From NCBI RefSeq assembly GCF_009914755.1, contig NC_060931.1: a stretch of DNA of 64,000 nt; one strand, written 5' to 3'. Of the stretch, positions 62,858-64,000 are shown in pieces (the first letter of the stretch is position 1; each line of letters opens with the position of its first letter). Source of the DNA: the human T2T-CHM13v2.0 reference genome, Homo sapiens. The notes under the pieces are model-generated. The model was not told the origin of the DNA, did not search any database, and worked only from the letters and a program-made list of their open reading frames with translations. Made by a program: the position numbers and the translations under genes.

Positions 62858-64000
62858 TGTTGCTGGAGAAGGGGTCTCGATCCAGACTCTAAGAGAGAGT
62901 TAGAGTTCTTGGATCTCTTGCAGGAAGGAATTCAAGGTGAGTTGCAGAGTGCAGTGAGAAGAGACAGTTTATTGAAAGCTTCTCCATTATAGAGTAGGAC
63001 ATCCTCAGAAAGCAAGCAGACTGTCTTTAAGTTTTTCTTACATAGGGGTCTTATCGATGTAAAGACTAAGCTGTGCCTATGTGAGGGTGAGCAGACAGCA
63101 TGACAAAATTTATTATTCTGTTGATTTAAAGAAAACAATCCTTGACATTTTAGTGCATGAATACATCAAAGAATTATGTTAATCATCTCAAAAACATATA
63201 TTGTTATGGGTATTGAGACATCTGGACTTTCTACTGTTGTAGGAGTGTGTCATTGTAAGTATCTTTAGGTTGTTTCCTCAACTGTAAATATCTTATGACT
63301 GGGTCATGACTGGCAAGGAACGTGCCTTGCTAGTCTCAAGATGGAGCTGAATTTAAAATGGTGTTACTCTGGCTCTCCTGAGCTCCTGCTTCCCCAACAT
63401 TTCCCCCTCTACTTATGAGAGAACCCTTAACCTTAAGGGGAGATAAAGGGTGAAGGTTGTTCTTTTGTAACTCCTTCCTGGAGGCAGTAGATGTTGATGG
63501 TTGGGACAGGGTCTTCTCATAATAGTGTGCAGTGAGCCTCTTCAGGGAGTAAGGGAGCTCCTTGCTTGCATGATATCCCAATTGTTTCTAGAAAGTTAAT
63601 ATACTAGGTTAGTAAATAGAAAGGTGAAACAGCTGCTAAACTATTTTATCTTGCAACCCTATACAATAAACACAACAGAAATAAAAGCACAATAACTAAT
63701 AACAATGAATATTATAATACCAAGCATACTGAAAAGAAATGCTTTCCAAGTGCTGGAAAGCTCATGAAACTATGCTGTTATGGGGTCATAAGACCGGGAA
63801 TCCATAGCCAAAATACGAGTTTCTAGAGAACTCATGTCCTGGGATATATTATGGCAGTAATCAGGAACATAATATTCAGTTTTGTTCAAGACACAAGTTC
63901 CTCCCTTGGCTGCAGTTAAAGAATGTATAAAGCCATATGGTTTTGCAAGCCCACTGGTCTTATTTGGGAAGTTTCTCCTGTCAGAAGTGTGATAGCCTGA
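62858..64000 (-). mobile_element. ERV1 3' end: MER41-like LTR (62858-63399), PPT and env TM remnant
   Basis: TG...CA LTR; PPT rc AGAGGGGGAAA at 63400-63410; minus strand LQNHMALYI/LTAAKGGTCVLNKTEY at 63872-63948 (frameshifted immunosuppressive domain). Confidence 0.78.

Overview
Primate (very likely human chr7q21) genomic DNA, mostly transposon-derived. The first ~36 kb is a stack of L1s with nested LTR12C, THE1, LTR8-like and Alu insertions. A CpG-island bidirectional promoter at ~59.1-59.4 kb drives CROT on + (two 5'UTR exons and the first coding exon, MENQLAKSTEERTFQYQDSLPSLPVP...) and the p53-induced lncRNA TP53TG1 on -. TP53TG1 appears assembled from a CpG-island exon, an exon exonized antisense from a processed 3'UTR retrocopy (recalled as UBE2V1-like), and a terminal exon inside a MER61-type provirus whose two LTRs carry p53 response elements. 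Other notable items: two neighbouring L1PA7-like copies that share private nonsense mutations, a 50-bp-periodic GC-box/CCAAT promoter module, and a ~197-bp inverted duplication with a fold-back junction. I see no wholly new biological system. Gene and repeat names come from recall, not database searches, and most ORF-track entries are repeat-derived noise.
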